A DNA stretch of 63,992 bases, counting the filler, from Reclinomonas americana ATCC 50394 (taxonomy: Eukaryota), in assembly GCA_048213135.1 (NCBI GenBank). It is 15 parts of 15 records of this genome, joined end to end, with 100 filler letters (N's around TTAATTAATTAA, not from the genome) between each part and the next. Parts side by side here need not be neighbours in the genome. Positions count along the whole stretch, not along the records: positions 9,229 to 12,718 come from AFZH01019764.1; positions 12,819 to 16,370 come from AFZH01019765.1; positions 16,471 to 21,403 come from AFZH01019766.1; positions 21,504 to 23,622 come from AFZH01019767.1; positions 23,723 to 31,528 come from AFZH01019768.1; 10 more parts are not named here. The stretch is one strand, 5' to 3'. Numbering within the stretch: position 1 is the stretch's first letter; each line of letters starts with the position of its first letter. The translations under genes were made by a program, and so were the position numbers. Shown one piece after another: positions 12,001 through 24,699 of the stretch. Under the pieces are notes generated by a model. The model was not told where the DNA came from, did no database searches, and saw only the letters and a list, made by a program, of their open reading frames with translations.

Positions 12001-15000
12001 ACAAAAAGAGTCCGCCGATGCCGCACAGGCCTTGGAGACACTGCGTGCAAAGACCAAGTCGTGGCAGGCGCGAGCGCGTGAGGAAATTGACCACAAGGAC
12101 GCTGAGCTGGCGGCGCTTGCACACGAGAAAGGTTGGTAACAGGAGTCGCAGTGTGGCCGAGAGTGATGAATGCTCATTGCTGTTGGCCGCAGATGTTGCT
12201 GCGCAGGCGTGGGCGGCGCAGACGGAGCAAATCAGCAAGGCGGTGCGCGAGTGCGCCAAGCGACTGGTCGTGATCTCTGCCGAAGATGAGGGCAGCGTCA
12301 GTGGACCGCTGCAAGCGCCGGCTGCCGAATTGAGTGCACTCGCTGCTCGCGTGCAAGTTATCGAGCAGCGTGTGGAGGCACTCAAGTCGACCGCTGCGAC
12401 AGGTACACCTCCGTCGGTTTTGAAATATCATCGTGGCGGGGTTAGAGACTGAACAAATATCTCTGCTGCAGCTTCAGCGAGCTCAGAAAAGGACGCCACG
12501 ATTGCTTCGCTGAACCAAGGTGCTGTAGTTGTTGAGCTCGATGCTTACTTGGTCTCAATCGCCAATGACCTGTCTCTTCCGCAGAAATGGAGTCGATTCG
12601 CTCCAACTTTGATCAGCTGCAGGCGGCGTTTGTTGTCGAGAAGTCGGAGAACGAGGCCAAGGGTAGGAAGGGGGGAATGGGAAGTGAGAGGGAAGGAGAG
12701 GGAGAGAGGATGAAGGGGNNNNNNNNNNNNNNNNNNNNNNNNNNNNNNNNNNNNNNNNNNNNTTAATTAATTAANNNNNNNNNNNNNNNNNNNNNNNNNN
12801 NNNNNNNNNNNNNNNNNNGAGAGACAATGGCAGAGAGAGAGGAGAGAAGCTGGATGTAAGAGACAGAGAGAGAAAAATAGAAGACTGAGAATGAATGAGT
12901 GAGAGACGTGGGATCTGTCTGCATGGTTCTCTCGATCATCATCACCTTGCGGTGGGCTTCTAAATGTCGATCTGAATTTGTTGAATCATGCGTGTTAGGC
13001 GGAGAGAGAACGAGAGAGTGTGTGTGTGCCTGACTGCTCACTCTCATCACTGCAGATGTGGAACTGGCGGACCTGCGTGGCAAGGTTGCCTCCAACGAGC
13101 AGCGCATGCAGCAGTGGAAGCAGAAAGTGGAGGAGATCACCTCTGGTTCGTTGTGCAGCATCAGTTTCACATCTTGCACGCTGCTTATTGCTCTGTTCCT
13201 TTGTGCAGACCAAGCGACGGAGATTGCTCGCCTTGAAACTGAGCATGCGCAACTGACCGAGGAACTAACCGCACTCCGACAGCGCGAGGTGATGCATGCG
13301 CTGCAACAAGTCACTCTCATCCTCCGTCCTCCGTACTGACCTTTTGTTCATCCTGTCGCAGCTGGAGCGACCGAGTGCGCGCAAGTCTGGCTGGAATGTG
13401 ACGAATTGCTTCGAGTTCAAGCAGCGCACGTGGATTCTGGTTACGCCGGACGCCGAAGTGCAGCAGCCAGAGGCTTGGGTGCTGGCGGAGGACTATTACC
13501 GTGGTGTCGCGGACACGCCCGCGCAGATGCAGAGCTTGCTGCAGGGTGTGTCGCGCCTGCGCTCCGAGCAGGACATGATTATCATGGAGGCTCGCATGGT
13601 GAGAAAGGGGGAAGGGGGATGGGGGAAGGGAAGGGGGTTGGAAGAAGGGAAGGGGCTGAGAATGATTAACGGATTACTGGTGTGGAAAGAGAGACGAGGG
13701 GGCGAGGAAACTCATGCAAAGTAAGAATGAGACTGATAGGGATGGGTTGGGAGTAAGAAGGAAGTTGTGATGTAGAAAGGTGGACTGTCGCAGTGAGTGA
13801 GAGAGTGAGAGAGTGAGGTGAGAGAGAGAGAGGAAGAAAAAGAAGGAAGCTGTGATGTACAAGAAAAATGGAGGCAGAGCAACACATGATCGTGCTCTTG
13901 CACCAACACGCGTTCTTGCGCTCACTTGCTCTCCCTGTTGTTCTCTATTATTGTGCCCCACTCTTACTCTCTATCCATCCTCTGTATGATCTCATCGATC
14001 TTTTGTAGCGAGCGCTTGATCCCATTCTCGTAATACTTGTTCTGGTTTGAGAGATTGAACAGAATGCAGTATGAGAAGCAGAAAGGGTTGCATGGTAGAG
14101 AATGGAAAAGTTTGCGCGTGGGACAGAGAAAGTGTATGAGTGACATGATGGAGCGAGAGAGAGAGAGATTGCTGTGAGAGCTGGAAGTAAGTGAGCGCTG
14201 GATTATGTAACCGGAGAGTTCAGCGCCTTCTTGCGCCTGCGGGACACTCATTCGTTTCTCTCTCTCTCTCTCTCTCGCAGCGCAAACGCATCGACGAGGC
14301 CGAGGCGCGAGCGGCGCAAGTTGCCGAGGAGGGACAGCGGTACAAGACCCGCGCAGTGGCGGCTCTCAAACAAAAGACCGAGGATTGTGCGGCGCTGGCC
14401 AAGCAGCTGGATGATGCCACCCGTGCCGAGCAGTTGGCACAGGAGAAGATCTTCAAGCTCAATGCATCGGTTTGTGAAGCCGCGTGATTGTTGCCTGCCT
14501 TTATAGGTGATCTCTCGTCTCACTCACCTCTGCACAGTTGAACGACTACGAGGCGCTGACCAAGGAGATGCAGCATCACACCGAGGACCACTTCTCCAAG
14601 CAGCGTCAGTTGGAGCAGGAGCGCGACCTGGCGAACATTCGGGTGCGTCGTGCACACATCGCTTTTCCCCGTTGCTTGTCGAACCTCATTATGCTGTCGA
14701 CAGGCTGAGAAGCTGGAAGCACAAATGCGCGACATGGATCGCGCCATGGCCGCCCAGAAGGAGGAGGCAGAGACGCGCGCCACTGAAGCGCACGCCGTGC
14801 ATTTGAAGGGTTTGTCACTCCAAATCTCTCTCATACGACGTGTCCACTTTCTTCTCATTTTTCCTTATTGCAGAGGTCACTGACCTGCAGCAGCAGCAAG
14901 CGTTGCGCTGCGAAGAGTTCCGTTCCGAGATTCGTACGCTGCGCGAACGCAATCGCAAGTCGTCGACCGACAAAGATCGCGAGGTGGCGCGTGTTCGCCG

Positions 15001-16237
15001 AAAGTATGGCGAGCGATTGCGTGCACTTGGCGGCGTAATCTCCGACGAGGAGTCGCCAGAGGAGGAGCCGCCGGCCAAGCCGACGGAGGAGGAGGAAATG
15101 CAGAGATTGACATTGGGTAAGTCGCTGGCGAAGGAGACACTCTTCGTCTGTCTCCACAGGAATCCTTATTCCATTGCCACAGGTGTTATTCCGGCGCGCA
15201 CGACGGCAAACGAGGGAGAGAAACCGCGAGCGGTGAGCTGAGAAAGATGAGAGGGTGGAAATGGTCGCGGTCGATATCTCACACGATTTAAACAGGGCGC
15301 GAGCAGGAGTGGCGCGGCAACAGGAAGCAGCGCTGGTGGAGTGAGCGAGGATGGTGAGTGTGAATTATCTTCTACACGTTCTCTTCCTCCACCCTCATCC
15401 GCTCTCCAGGTCGTCGCTTGTCGACTGCCGCCGCGCTCGGCTCTCCTGGTGCCTCGCGACCGACTGTGGAGGTCAAGCACATTGGTGTACAGACAATAGA
15501 TGGAGGTCTGCTTGATGGACATGATCGGAGTTATGTCAGCCGGATGCACGAGTTGTCGACGCCGACAAGAACGCGACCACCTCCAGGTTTCGTTTTTGCC
15601 AAGTCCATCACGTGGTTGTTTTGTGTCGCTCACCTTGTTTCAACAATGCAGCGGGTGACGGTAACATCGATCAACAGGTGGAGTACTTTGCGCAGCTGCA
15701 ATCGCAGCGCGACGAGTCGCTGCGCCAGGCGTTGGAGGAGGCCGAGTTGCGTACTCGCCAAAACAATCACTGGCTGGTTGCGTGTGCATCTCACCACCAT
15801 GTGTCTGCAGAATTCTGCGGAGGGCGCTGCTGGACAGCGAGCACATGCATCAGCTGCGCATGGAGCAGGAGAAGTTCCTGAAGACCGAGATTCGCAAGCT
15901 GGAGAAGATGATCAACCGCGACATTGTGGACATGGAGTATCTGAAGAATGTGATGATCAAGTTCTTCGAGGCGAATGACTCGGATATTCAGGCGGTGAGT
16001 GAGGGGAAGGGAGGGAAGGGAGAGAGGGGAAGGGGCAAAGAAAAAAGGGAGAGGCGTGTGATTTTGTTTGGGAAAGGTGGGAAGAGGGGGAAAGAGGGAA
16101 GGAAGGAAAGGAAGGGAGGGTGGGAAAGACGATGAAGGGATGGTATTTTTGGATACGGAGGGAAGAGAGAATTACAACGCCGGTAGAAAGGGAGCGGTGC
16201 TTGCGCTGGTAGAAGTTACCAGAAACGAGGGGAACAG

Positions 16238-16286
<49 letters not shown>

Positions 16287-16470
16287 GAGACGTACTTAAT
16301 TAGTAGAAGAAAGAAGAGTAGAGTAGAGAGAGAAGAAGGAGGGTGGTCGCGTAGAGAGAGGACGCGTCGTNNNNNNNNNNNNNNNNNNNNNNNNNNNNNN
16401 NNNNNNNNNNNNNNTTAATTAATTAANNNNNNNNNNNNNNNNNNNNNNNNNNNNNNNNNNNNNNNNNNNN

Positions 16471-16511
<41 letters not shown>

Positions 16512-18023
16512 GGAGGAATGCCAATTTTAATGGAGAAAGAAAGAAGTGAATGAGTAGGAAGAGAAAAGGGAATGAGACTGGTGCCGTGAGACTGGAAGCG
16601 CGTTCTTGACAGAGAGAGAGAGAGAGAGAGGAACTGAGATGAGATTTGGGAGATGTGGAGACTCTTGGCGCGTCGGAGGGAGGGGGAATGAGACATCGTA
16701 CAACTGAGAGTGGCAGTCTGACAGGCAGAGGGAAGTGAATGGATGTGGTTTTGAGAATAGGTTGGAGAATGGGAAGAGACAAAAAGGAGCGAGAAGTCAA
16801 GAGTGCAGCGAAAGTACCAGCGTAATCCTGAGCGACATTCGATGCACATAGAGCAGAGAGAAGAACTGAAATGAGAATTGGGAGATATGGAGACTCTTGG
16901 CGCGTCGGCGGGAGTGAGAATGAGACATCGTACAACTGAGAGTGGCTGTCTGACAGGCAGAGGGAAATGATGTGGTTCGGAGAATAGGTTGGAGAATGGG
17001 AAGAGTCAAAAAGGAGTGCGAAGTCAAGAGTGCATCGAAAGGGCCAGCGTGATCCTGAGCGACATTCTGACGCAAGAGTGTAGAGAGGAACTGAGATGAG
17101 AACTTGGGGAGGGGAGGACAGGATAGCCTGAAGAGAAGTCGGATGTGTGTGAGGAGGCCCACGGATGGGAGGGGTGACTGAGACCCAGCAGAGGGTGTGT
17201 CAGAGAAGACAGCGAGTCGGAGCATGGGGAGAACAGCAAGTTATTCAGAAAGAGACAAACTGCAGCTGTCAGAGAGTGCTCGTTTCTTTCTTGCCTTGTT
17301 TTTCGGTCTCTCGTACTTTTCCTCCCTTTGATATCTGACACCTCTCTCCCTTGCAGTCCATGCTGCCGGTAATCAGCTCCCTCCTCCAGTTCACGCCGGA
17401 GGAGCAGCAGCGCGTGTCGGAGAGTTTCCGAGTGTACAATGCGCCGCTGTGGGAGAAGGTAACTTTCTGACCTGCTTTACCTCCCATACGACTCCACTGT
17501 TCTCACTCTCCGTCTCCCAATCCGCAGCTCATCTCACCCAATCCTCTACCGGTGGCACCCATCATACCGCCTCGCAAAAACTCCAAGTTACATACGCTTG
17601 CTTCCCTTCCCTTCTATTGCAAGTCGCTTGACACCCGCGCCTGCTCACAGTGAGCGAACGCAAATGGCTCCACCGCGCTGGGGCTCGCTGGTGCACCTGC
17701 GTGACATACCGGGCGACGGCGAGGACACGGAGGAAGCGCAGCGACTGGCAGCCATCATGGAGCGTGTGCACCACCAGCAGGCGGCCACGGGCGGCAAATC
17801 GCCGACGGTGGTCTCGTCGGTGACGACTCCCACGAACCCATCGAGGAGTCCGTCGTCGACCGAGGATTCGCCTGCAGAACCACCACCACCACCAGCTCCA
17901 CCCGCCGCACCGGCGCAGCAGGAGATGGAGGGTGCAGAGAGTGGAATCGATGAGGAAATGGTAGTACCCGCATCATTAGCGGAGGGTGGTGAGGGAGAGG
18001 AAGGGGCTGCAGCACACTCTTAA
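8771..18023 (+). CDS. GRIP-domain golgin, GCC2/GCC185-like giant coiled-coil protein (multi-exon, spans three gaps)
   Basis: N-terminal exon KLQIATASREELIEFTKKQ resembles the GCC2 N-terminal motif. Very long A/E/Q/R coiled coil (ORF 9245-11959 and later exons). GRIP motif DMEYLKNVMIKFF...|SMLPVISSLLQFTPEEQQRV at 15930-17420. Last exon ends AAAHS*. Confidence 0.82.
11190..11820 (+). repeat. Coding 63-bp (21-aa) tandem repeat within the golgin coiled coil
   Basis: About 10 units of ARLxxxEEQARLAxEx, largely alternating AGGAS and EAQxAK variants. Confidence 0.85.
16631..17110. repeat. Intronic ~230-bp tandem duplication
   Basis: gaactga.atgaga.ttgggagat.tggagactcttggcgcgtcgg... starts at 16631 and 16863, with a partial third copy at ~17088. 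Confidence 0.8.
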
Positions 18024-18448
18024 GTGGGTGTGCCGTGGTTAGGCTGTTGCGGTGCGAAAAATCAATGTAGGTATGAAACGGAATTTCATGTGGGAGAGGG
18101 GAGGGGAGAGGGAGAAGGAGGGAGAGAAAGAGAGAAAGAGAAGGGAAAGAGAGAGGGCGGGCTGGGGAAGAGAATTTGTCTGTGTGTGCGAGGAGAGAGA
18201 GTGAGGCACGTGGTGCCAACATTGAGGCTGCCAGATCAATTCGAAGAACAATGATCCGATGCCGTTGTCAGTCGACCGCACAATCACCACAAGCTCAGTT
18301 CCATTCTGCCCGGCAGTCACTGAGCGTCATGCAATGACGGTCCCGATCCTGATTGCACTTCTCTGTGTATGTCAGTGCTGCTTCTCAGACCCCCTGTTCA
18401 TCATTATGCCTCCGATCTTATTTGCCACACCCTTACCTCCCAATTCAC

Positions 18449-19082
18449 TCACAATTTCGCCCTCATCTGCGCCCCCTTCTTCACATACGCCTCGCGTGCG
18501 GCCAGAATGGCCTCGCAGCGCGCCTTGTCGATTTCGCCCTCCCACGAACCGCCGCTCTTGATGTACGAGCCGACAATGACCGCATCGGCACCGGCGGCAA
18601 AGTACTGCGCCAGATTCTCCGGAGTCGCACCGGAGCCCACCAGTACAGTCATGCGCGAGGGCGAGGAGGCGGCAGCCGTGGCCGTGCGCGCAATGGCCTT
18701 TTCGTCGGCGGCCATGCCCGTGGCCAGGCCTGTGACAATGACGCCGTCGGCGAGGAAAAAGTCGGCGGCCTTGGCCATTTCGCCAATGTCCACGTCTGCG
18801 GGTGAGGAAGTGAGGCAACTTGTCTCGAGAAACAGAAAGGGGGGAAGGGGGGAGCAAACCGGCGGTGATGGCGTGCGACGAGTGCTTCTTCTTAATGTCG
18901 GCAAAGATTCGCACATTCTCCGCGCCAATGTGCCGGCGGTAGCGCAGGAGGCGGCCGGCGTCGGCGACCGCAAAGAGACCTTCGTCGGCCACGTGCGAGA
19001 ACACAAAGCCCTCGACGCGCACAAAGTCGGCGCCGGCGGCGTGCGCGACTGCAATGGCTTCCTTGTTGGCGCCGGCGAGGAC
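18449..19082 (-). CDS. BtpA/SgcQ-family TIM-barrel protein, C-terminal two exons only
   Basis: VLAGANKEAIAVAHAAGADFVRVEGFVFSHVADEG..IFADIKKKHSSHAITA|DVDIGEMAKAADFFLADGVIVTG..VLVGSG..ADAVIVGSYIK are characteristic family motifs. The N-terminal part is not found upstream. Confidence 0.88.
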
Positions 19083-19289
19083 CTGGAAAGAGGGGAAGGG
19101 AGGGGGTGAGGGAGTTGAGAGAGTGAGGAGAGGAAAGCGGGCAAGAGAAGCGGATGACGAGAAAGAAGGAATGAAACCTTCGAGAGACTCCAACTGACTC
19201 ACTGGCACTGAGAGGATGAGAGTGCTGGTGCGAGAGAGAAGAGAGGAGAGAGAGAGAGAGAGGAGGAGGAGGAGAAGAAGAAGAAGAAG

Positions 19290-19321
<32 letters not shown>

Positions 19322-19569
19322 GAAGAAGAACAAGAATGAAGAAGAATAAGAACAAAAGCAAGAACAGGAAGAAGAAGGCGAAGGAGAAGAACAAGAACAC
19401 GAAGGAAAGAAGAAGGAAGGAGGAGGAGAAGAAGGAGAACAAGAACACCAACAACAGCAACAACCAGAAAAAACAGACGAGAAAAGCGGGAGAAGGAGGA
19501 GAAAAAGAACAAGAGGGGAAGAAGATGAAGATCATGGAGAAGAGGAGAGGGAAGAAGAAGAACAGCAGC

Positions 19570-19740
<171 letters not shown>

Positions 19741-19875
19741 AAGAAGACGCACACAAAAGTGAGAGTGACACGAAAACAAACAATCTCTCAACTCTTTCCA
19801 AGCTTGTGCAAACATGCAACCAACAATAGGAAAGAGAGAGAGAGAAAGAGACAGAGAGAGAGAGAGAGAACACAC

Positions 19876-20171
19876 CTGACTCGTAGAGGTGCCAGCGTTG
19901 ATCAGCATTACACCACCACCATTCGTGTTACCACTGCTGTTCGCACTCGAACCGCCTACAAGCAAAAGCACACATCAACCAGGTCAACCGTTCGTGCAAT
20001 CAACCTCACACACACATTCACCCTCATACACGCATCTAAAACCGGAACAAAAGAACAACATGCACTACACGCACACACACCAAGTGTCATTCATACTCCT
20101 CACCATTTACACCACCATTCCCATTGTAGTTTGCAGTATTCGATGTGAAGGTGCAGTTGCTGATGGTCTGC

Positions 20172-20227
<56 letters not shown>

Positions 20228-21075
20228 GAAGATGCACACAAAAGTGAGCGTGAAACGAAGACAAACAATCTCTCAACTCTTGTGCAAACATGTAACCAAC
20301 AATAGGGAAGGGAGAGAAAGAAAGAGAGAGAGAGAGAACACACCTGTAATGTATAGCTATTGGTGCTGATCAACATGACACCACCACCATTGGTGGAACT
20401 GTCGCTATCCGCACTCGCGCGGTAATCTGCAAGCAAAACCCACACATCAACCAGGTCAACCGTACGTGCAATCAACCTTACACACACATTCACTCTCATA
20501 CACGCATCTAAAACCGGAACATAAGTACAACATGCACTACACGCACACACACCAAGTGTCGTTCATGTTACTCACTGCTCACAGAACCACCATTTCCATT
20601 GTTGCTTGCAGTATTCGCCGTGAATGTGCAGTTGATGATGGACTGGGTGAACTATGAGAGTTTTCAATCAACAATCTTGCACCGATAACAATGAGGCATT
20701 CTCGAGACAACACACAGACCTGACTTGAAGCAGAGATCAATAAGGCGCCGCCACCGGCGGTGGAGGCAGAAATTGACGAGTCGGAAGAAACGGAGTTCCG
20801 CGTGCCTCCGTTTGAGTTTTGATCAGCTTGGTTGAACACGAAAGATGATCCACTGATCTGCCAAAGGCAAGCACCTTTTTTAGGCATCAAGCGACGCTCA
20901 ACATGTCATCACAACCCGCACTCACTGTCTGCGTGGCTATACCAGCTCCTGCATAGTACGACCAAATCACTCCTCCACCGACTTGTGAGCCAACGGCATT
21001 TCCAGATCCTTTGTTGTTGTTCCCACCATTTGCATTCGCCGACGCCGTGTTGTTGAGGAAAAGACTGTTCGTGAT
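19876..21075 (-). CDS. Fragment of a Pmp-like (FxxN/GGA) right-handed beta-helix repeat surface protein, in small exons
   Basis: Exons encode ITNSLFLNNTA..GGGVIW, ISGSSFVFNQA..AGGGALLI, SIINCTFTANTASNNG, STNGGGVMLIS, TISNCTFTSNTANYNG and NTNGGGVMLIN. Confidence 0.7.
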
Positions 21076-22202
21076 CTGTAGGAGGGGAAGGGGAAGGGGG
21101 ATAAGGGGGAAGTGAGGGGAAAGAGTGAGAGAAGGGGGAAGGGGGATAAGGGGGACGGGGGATAAGGGGGAAGGGGAAGGGAGGGGGAAGGGAGGGAGAA
21201 GGGAGAGAGAACGGAGGGAGAAGGGAGAGAGAACGGAGGGAGAAGGTAAAGGGAGAAGATCAACGGAGAGAGCAAGGGGAAAGAGCAAGGGGAAGAGCAA
21301 GGGGAAGGGAGGGAAGACGAAGGGGGACGATACGCGGGAAGAGAAGGGCGAAGAAAAGGGGAGAAGAGATGGGGGAAGAGAAGGGGGAAGAGAAGGGGAA
21401 GAGNNNNNNNNNNNNNNNNNNNNNNNNNNNNNNNNNNNNNNNNNNNNTTAATTAATTAANNNNNNNNNNNNNNNNNNNNNNNNNNNNNNNNNNNNNNNNN
21501 NNNTCTCTCTCTCTCTCAGTCTCTCTCTCAGTCTCTCTCTCAGCTCTCTCTCAGTCTCTCCGTCACTCTTTCTCAGTCTCTCTCTGTCTCTCTCTCTCAG
21601 TCTCTCTCTCTCTCAGTCTCTCTCTCAGTCTCTATCTCAGTCTCTCTTCCCCCCTCCTCTCTCTCTCCGTCACTCTTCTCAGTCTCTCTCTCAGTCTCTC
21701 TCTCAGTCTCTCTCAGAGTCTCTTTTTCTCCTTCTGTCTCTCTCAGTCTCTCTCTCAGTCTCTCTCTCAGTCTCTCTCTTTCAGTCTCTCTCTCTCAGTC
21801 TCTCTCTCAGTCTTCTCTCTCAGCCTCTCTCTCAGCCTCTCTCTCTCTCTCTATCTCTCAGTCTCCCTCATTCTCTCGGTCATTTGTTTTCCCGTTCCCT
21901 CCCTTCCGTGCGTGCTTTTTTTCTTTGCGGAGCAAGCATCGCTGAATGTGTTTCCATGTATCAGATCTTCGTCTGCAGTCACTGCCGTCATTGGCATCCC
22001 CCACGCGTGTGTTGCACTCTGCTTCCCTCATCTCCTTGTTCCATATTCCTCCTCCGTCTCTCCCTCTCAATCTTTCTTGCTTCACCATCTCTCACGCTCA
22101 GATTCCACACACACTCTCTCTCAGTCTCTCAGTCTCTCTCCCTCTTGTCTCCCTCTTCTCCCTTCCTTTCCCCTCTTTCTGCGCTGACTCCGAGCTCCTC
22201 AG

Positions 22203-23001
22203 TATCGCCGACCACCTCCAAATCCATGGCGAACTCGTACAACGTGCTGGGTGTGGGTGCGCGATACTTGGCCTCGCCCGTGTTTGGGAGACCAGAGGCT
22301 GCCGCCTCCAAGAAGCTGGCCACCTTCACCTCGGTACGTGCATGCCCAAGTGTGCGCTGCTGATGTGTTGATTTCTGACGAGGCGCGCAGTGTCCACTCG
22401 AGGCGTTTGAAGCGGTGAAGCCATTCTGGCTGCATTCGCACTCGTGTCGCAGTTGTGGGCGAGGTGAGTGGGTGAGGGCTTGATGTGGTTGATGGAAGGC
22501 TCATGGCGTGGGCACGAGCTTGGCCAACGTCGTCAAGCGCTGACCGGCAACTACATGATCATTGGGTAAAAGCAAGTGATTCGGAAGGTGAGACTGTCAA
22601 TCGAACCCTTTGCCATTACTGTCACCTTTTTTCCTACTCTTGCTTTGCTCTTCATGTGCCATCGCGCTCACATGTTGACGTCGCGCACATCCGTGACAAT
22701 GATCTGTCGCCTTTTCTCTTTCTGCTCACCATCACACTCCCTTGTCGGCTCCTTTTGCTTTTATGTTCCTGATCCCGCTCTGCCCTTGCCGTCACACTCG
22801 TCACATATGTCGCCTTTTCTCTCCTCTGCTCCCATGTATACTGTCCATTCCATCCCACATGTCGCCTTTCCTCTTGATGCGCTTCGTGTCATCGAACTTT
22901 CTTCCTCCCTTCCCCCAGCCATGACCATGGCCGACGCCAATGGCCGCCATCGCGCTTCGATCGTTGACACGGTGTTCACTGCGCCGGTGTTCCAGGGCTA
23001 G
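22203..23001 (+). pseudogene. Beta-hydroxyacid dehydrogenase (3-hydroxyisobutyrate/6PGD NAD-binding family) fragment with frameshifts
   Basis: VSPTTS..YLASPVFGRPEAAASKKL is intact. VKP/ILAAF/TRVAVVGE and ANVVK/LTGNYMI require frameshifts. The model ends VFTAPVFQG*. Confidence 0.65.
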
Positions 23002-24187
23002 GCGGGGCGCATGGCGGGGGATCAGTTCAAGCCTCGTGTGGAGTGGTGATGGACGAGGAGTGCTGATTTCCAGTTGTGCAGTGCTGGGTTTGGGGTTGAA
23101 GGATGCGCGGTTGGTGGAGGAGTTGGAGGAGAAGGGGCGTGGAATATGGAGAAGTCAGTGCAGTGAGCAACGAGAGAAGAGTGGGGTGATGGAGAAGTGA
23201 GTTCGCTTCCTGTTTGCTGCGCAGTCAGATCCTGAGTTGGATTGGTCGGCAATCATCATGCAAGTGCGCGAGAGTCGGCTGGTATTCCACCGATGGCTGA
23301 GGAGCTGCATCCGCGTTAGTTGGAGTGGGATGAGAATGAAGATCGCTCGTTGCGATGAAGTGAACGACTGAGGAAACAGTTTACTTTGCCATGAGACGGG
23401 GTATAAAGCAAGGAAGGGGCATAAAGTTGCACTATGCGCGTGAAACCAAGGCAATCGCAGTGCAGGGAGGGCAACAAATGGGAAGTGGGGTGATGCTGGT
23501 ATTCACAATCCAGACCCCCCGGTGCAAAGGAAATTATTTATGAGAGAAACTAAGAGAGACTGAGAGACTGAGAGAGAGACTGAGAGACTGAGAGAGAGAC
23601 TGAGAGAGAGAGAGAGAGACTGNNNNNNNNNNNNNNNNNNNNNNNNNNNNNNNNNNNNNNNNNNNNTTAATTAATTAANNNNNNNNNNNNNNNNNNNNNN
23701 NNNNNNNNNNNNNNNNNNNNNNGCAAAGTAATCGTGCGAACCCGGTCATCGGGTTGATGCTTGTACAGGGCAAGACATCGAGAGAGAAAGAGAGGGACAC
23801 ACAGAAAGAGAAACAAAGAGAAAGAGTGAGAGAGAGGGACACAGAAAGAGAGAGACAAGAGAGAGAGAGAGAGAGTGACAGAGGAAGAGAAGAAAGGGAA
23901 AAGGGAGACGTGAGTGATTCGCAAAGGGATGCGATGGCACAGGCAAGCACGCACGGGAGATGATGAACACATCGAAAAGGACGAAAGAGAGAAGATCTGG
24001 GGACGGAGAAAAGAGAAAAACAGCGCGACGACACGATAGATATGGCATGGCTGCGTTGATAAAGCACTCTCTCCCTTGGAGTGGCTGCTCATGCTCAACA
24101 ACTGGTGAGAATCATCCGAGGGTGCGTCGCATCCGTTCATTGGTGATTGGCTGGAGTTCATCGAATCATTCTCTGTGCTTGTTGCTT

Positions 24188-24226
<39 letters not shown>

Positions 24227-24699
24227 GTGTGTGTGCGTGTGTGTGCGTGTGTGTGTGCTCTGCGACGTGCTTCTGATCACAGTGATTCCTCACAGCTTTC
24301 TTCTCAACAAAATGTACGATTCGGGTTTCACTGCCTTGCCAGCAGCCTCCACTCTCTCCCCCTCGCTGCTCAACTCCTCGCGTGTGCTGCGGGAAAAGAG
24401 TGGAGACAGAGAGGAGAGGGCGGTGGGACGGATGGAGTATGACGTCAATGCAACGCGCAGGGAGTTGATTGGTGGCGTGTACACAACGGGTTGGCCGACT
24501 TCGCTCCTCCCTGTTGGTGGAGATATCAGGTGCGTCGGTGTGACTGGCAGTTCTATGCGCTGTCCCTCTCCGGCGAGAATGGAAGAGAGAGAGATGAGAG
24601 ATGAGAGAGAGAAAGGGATGAGAGAGATAAGAGAGGGAGAGAGATGTGAGAGATGAGAGAGATGAGCTGCTTGTCGGGCATTTCATCGTGTCCTTATAG

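Noticed and set aside
9445..12452. Long overlapping or antisense ORFs (241-590 aa) over the golgin
   Set aside because: Shadow frames of a GC-rich repetitive coiled-coil exon, with no independent motifs.
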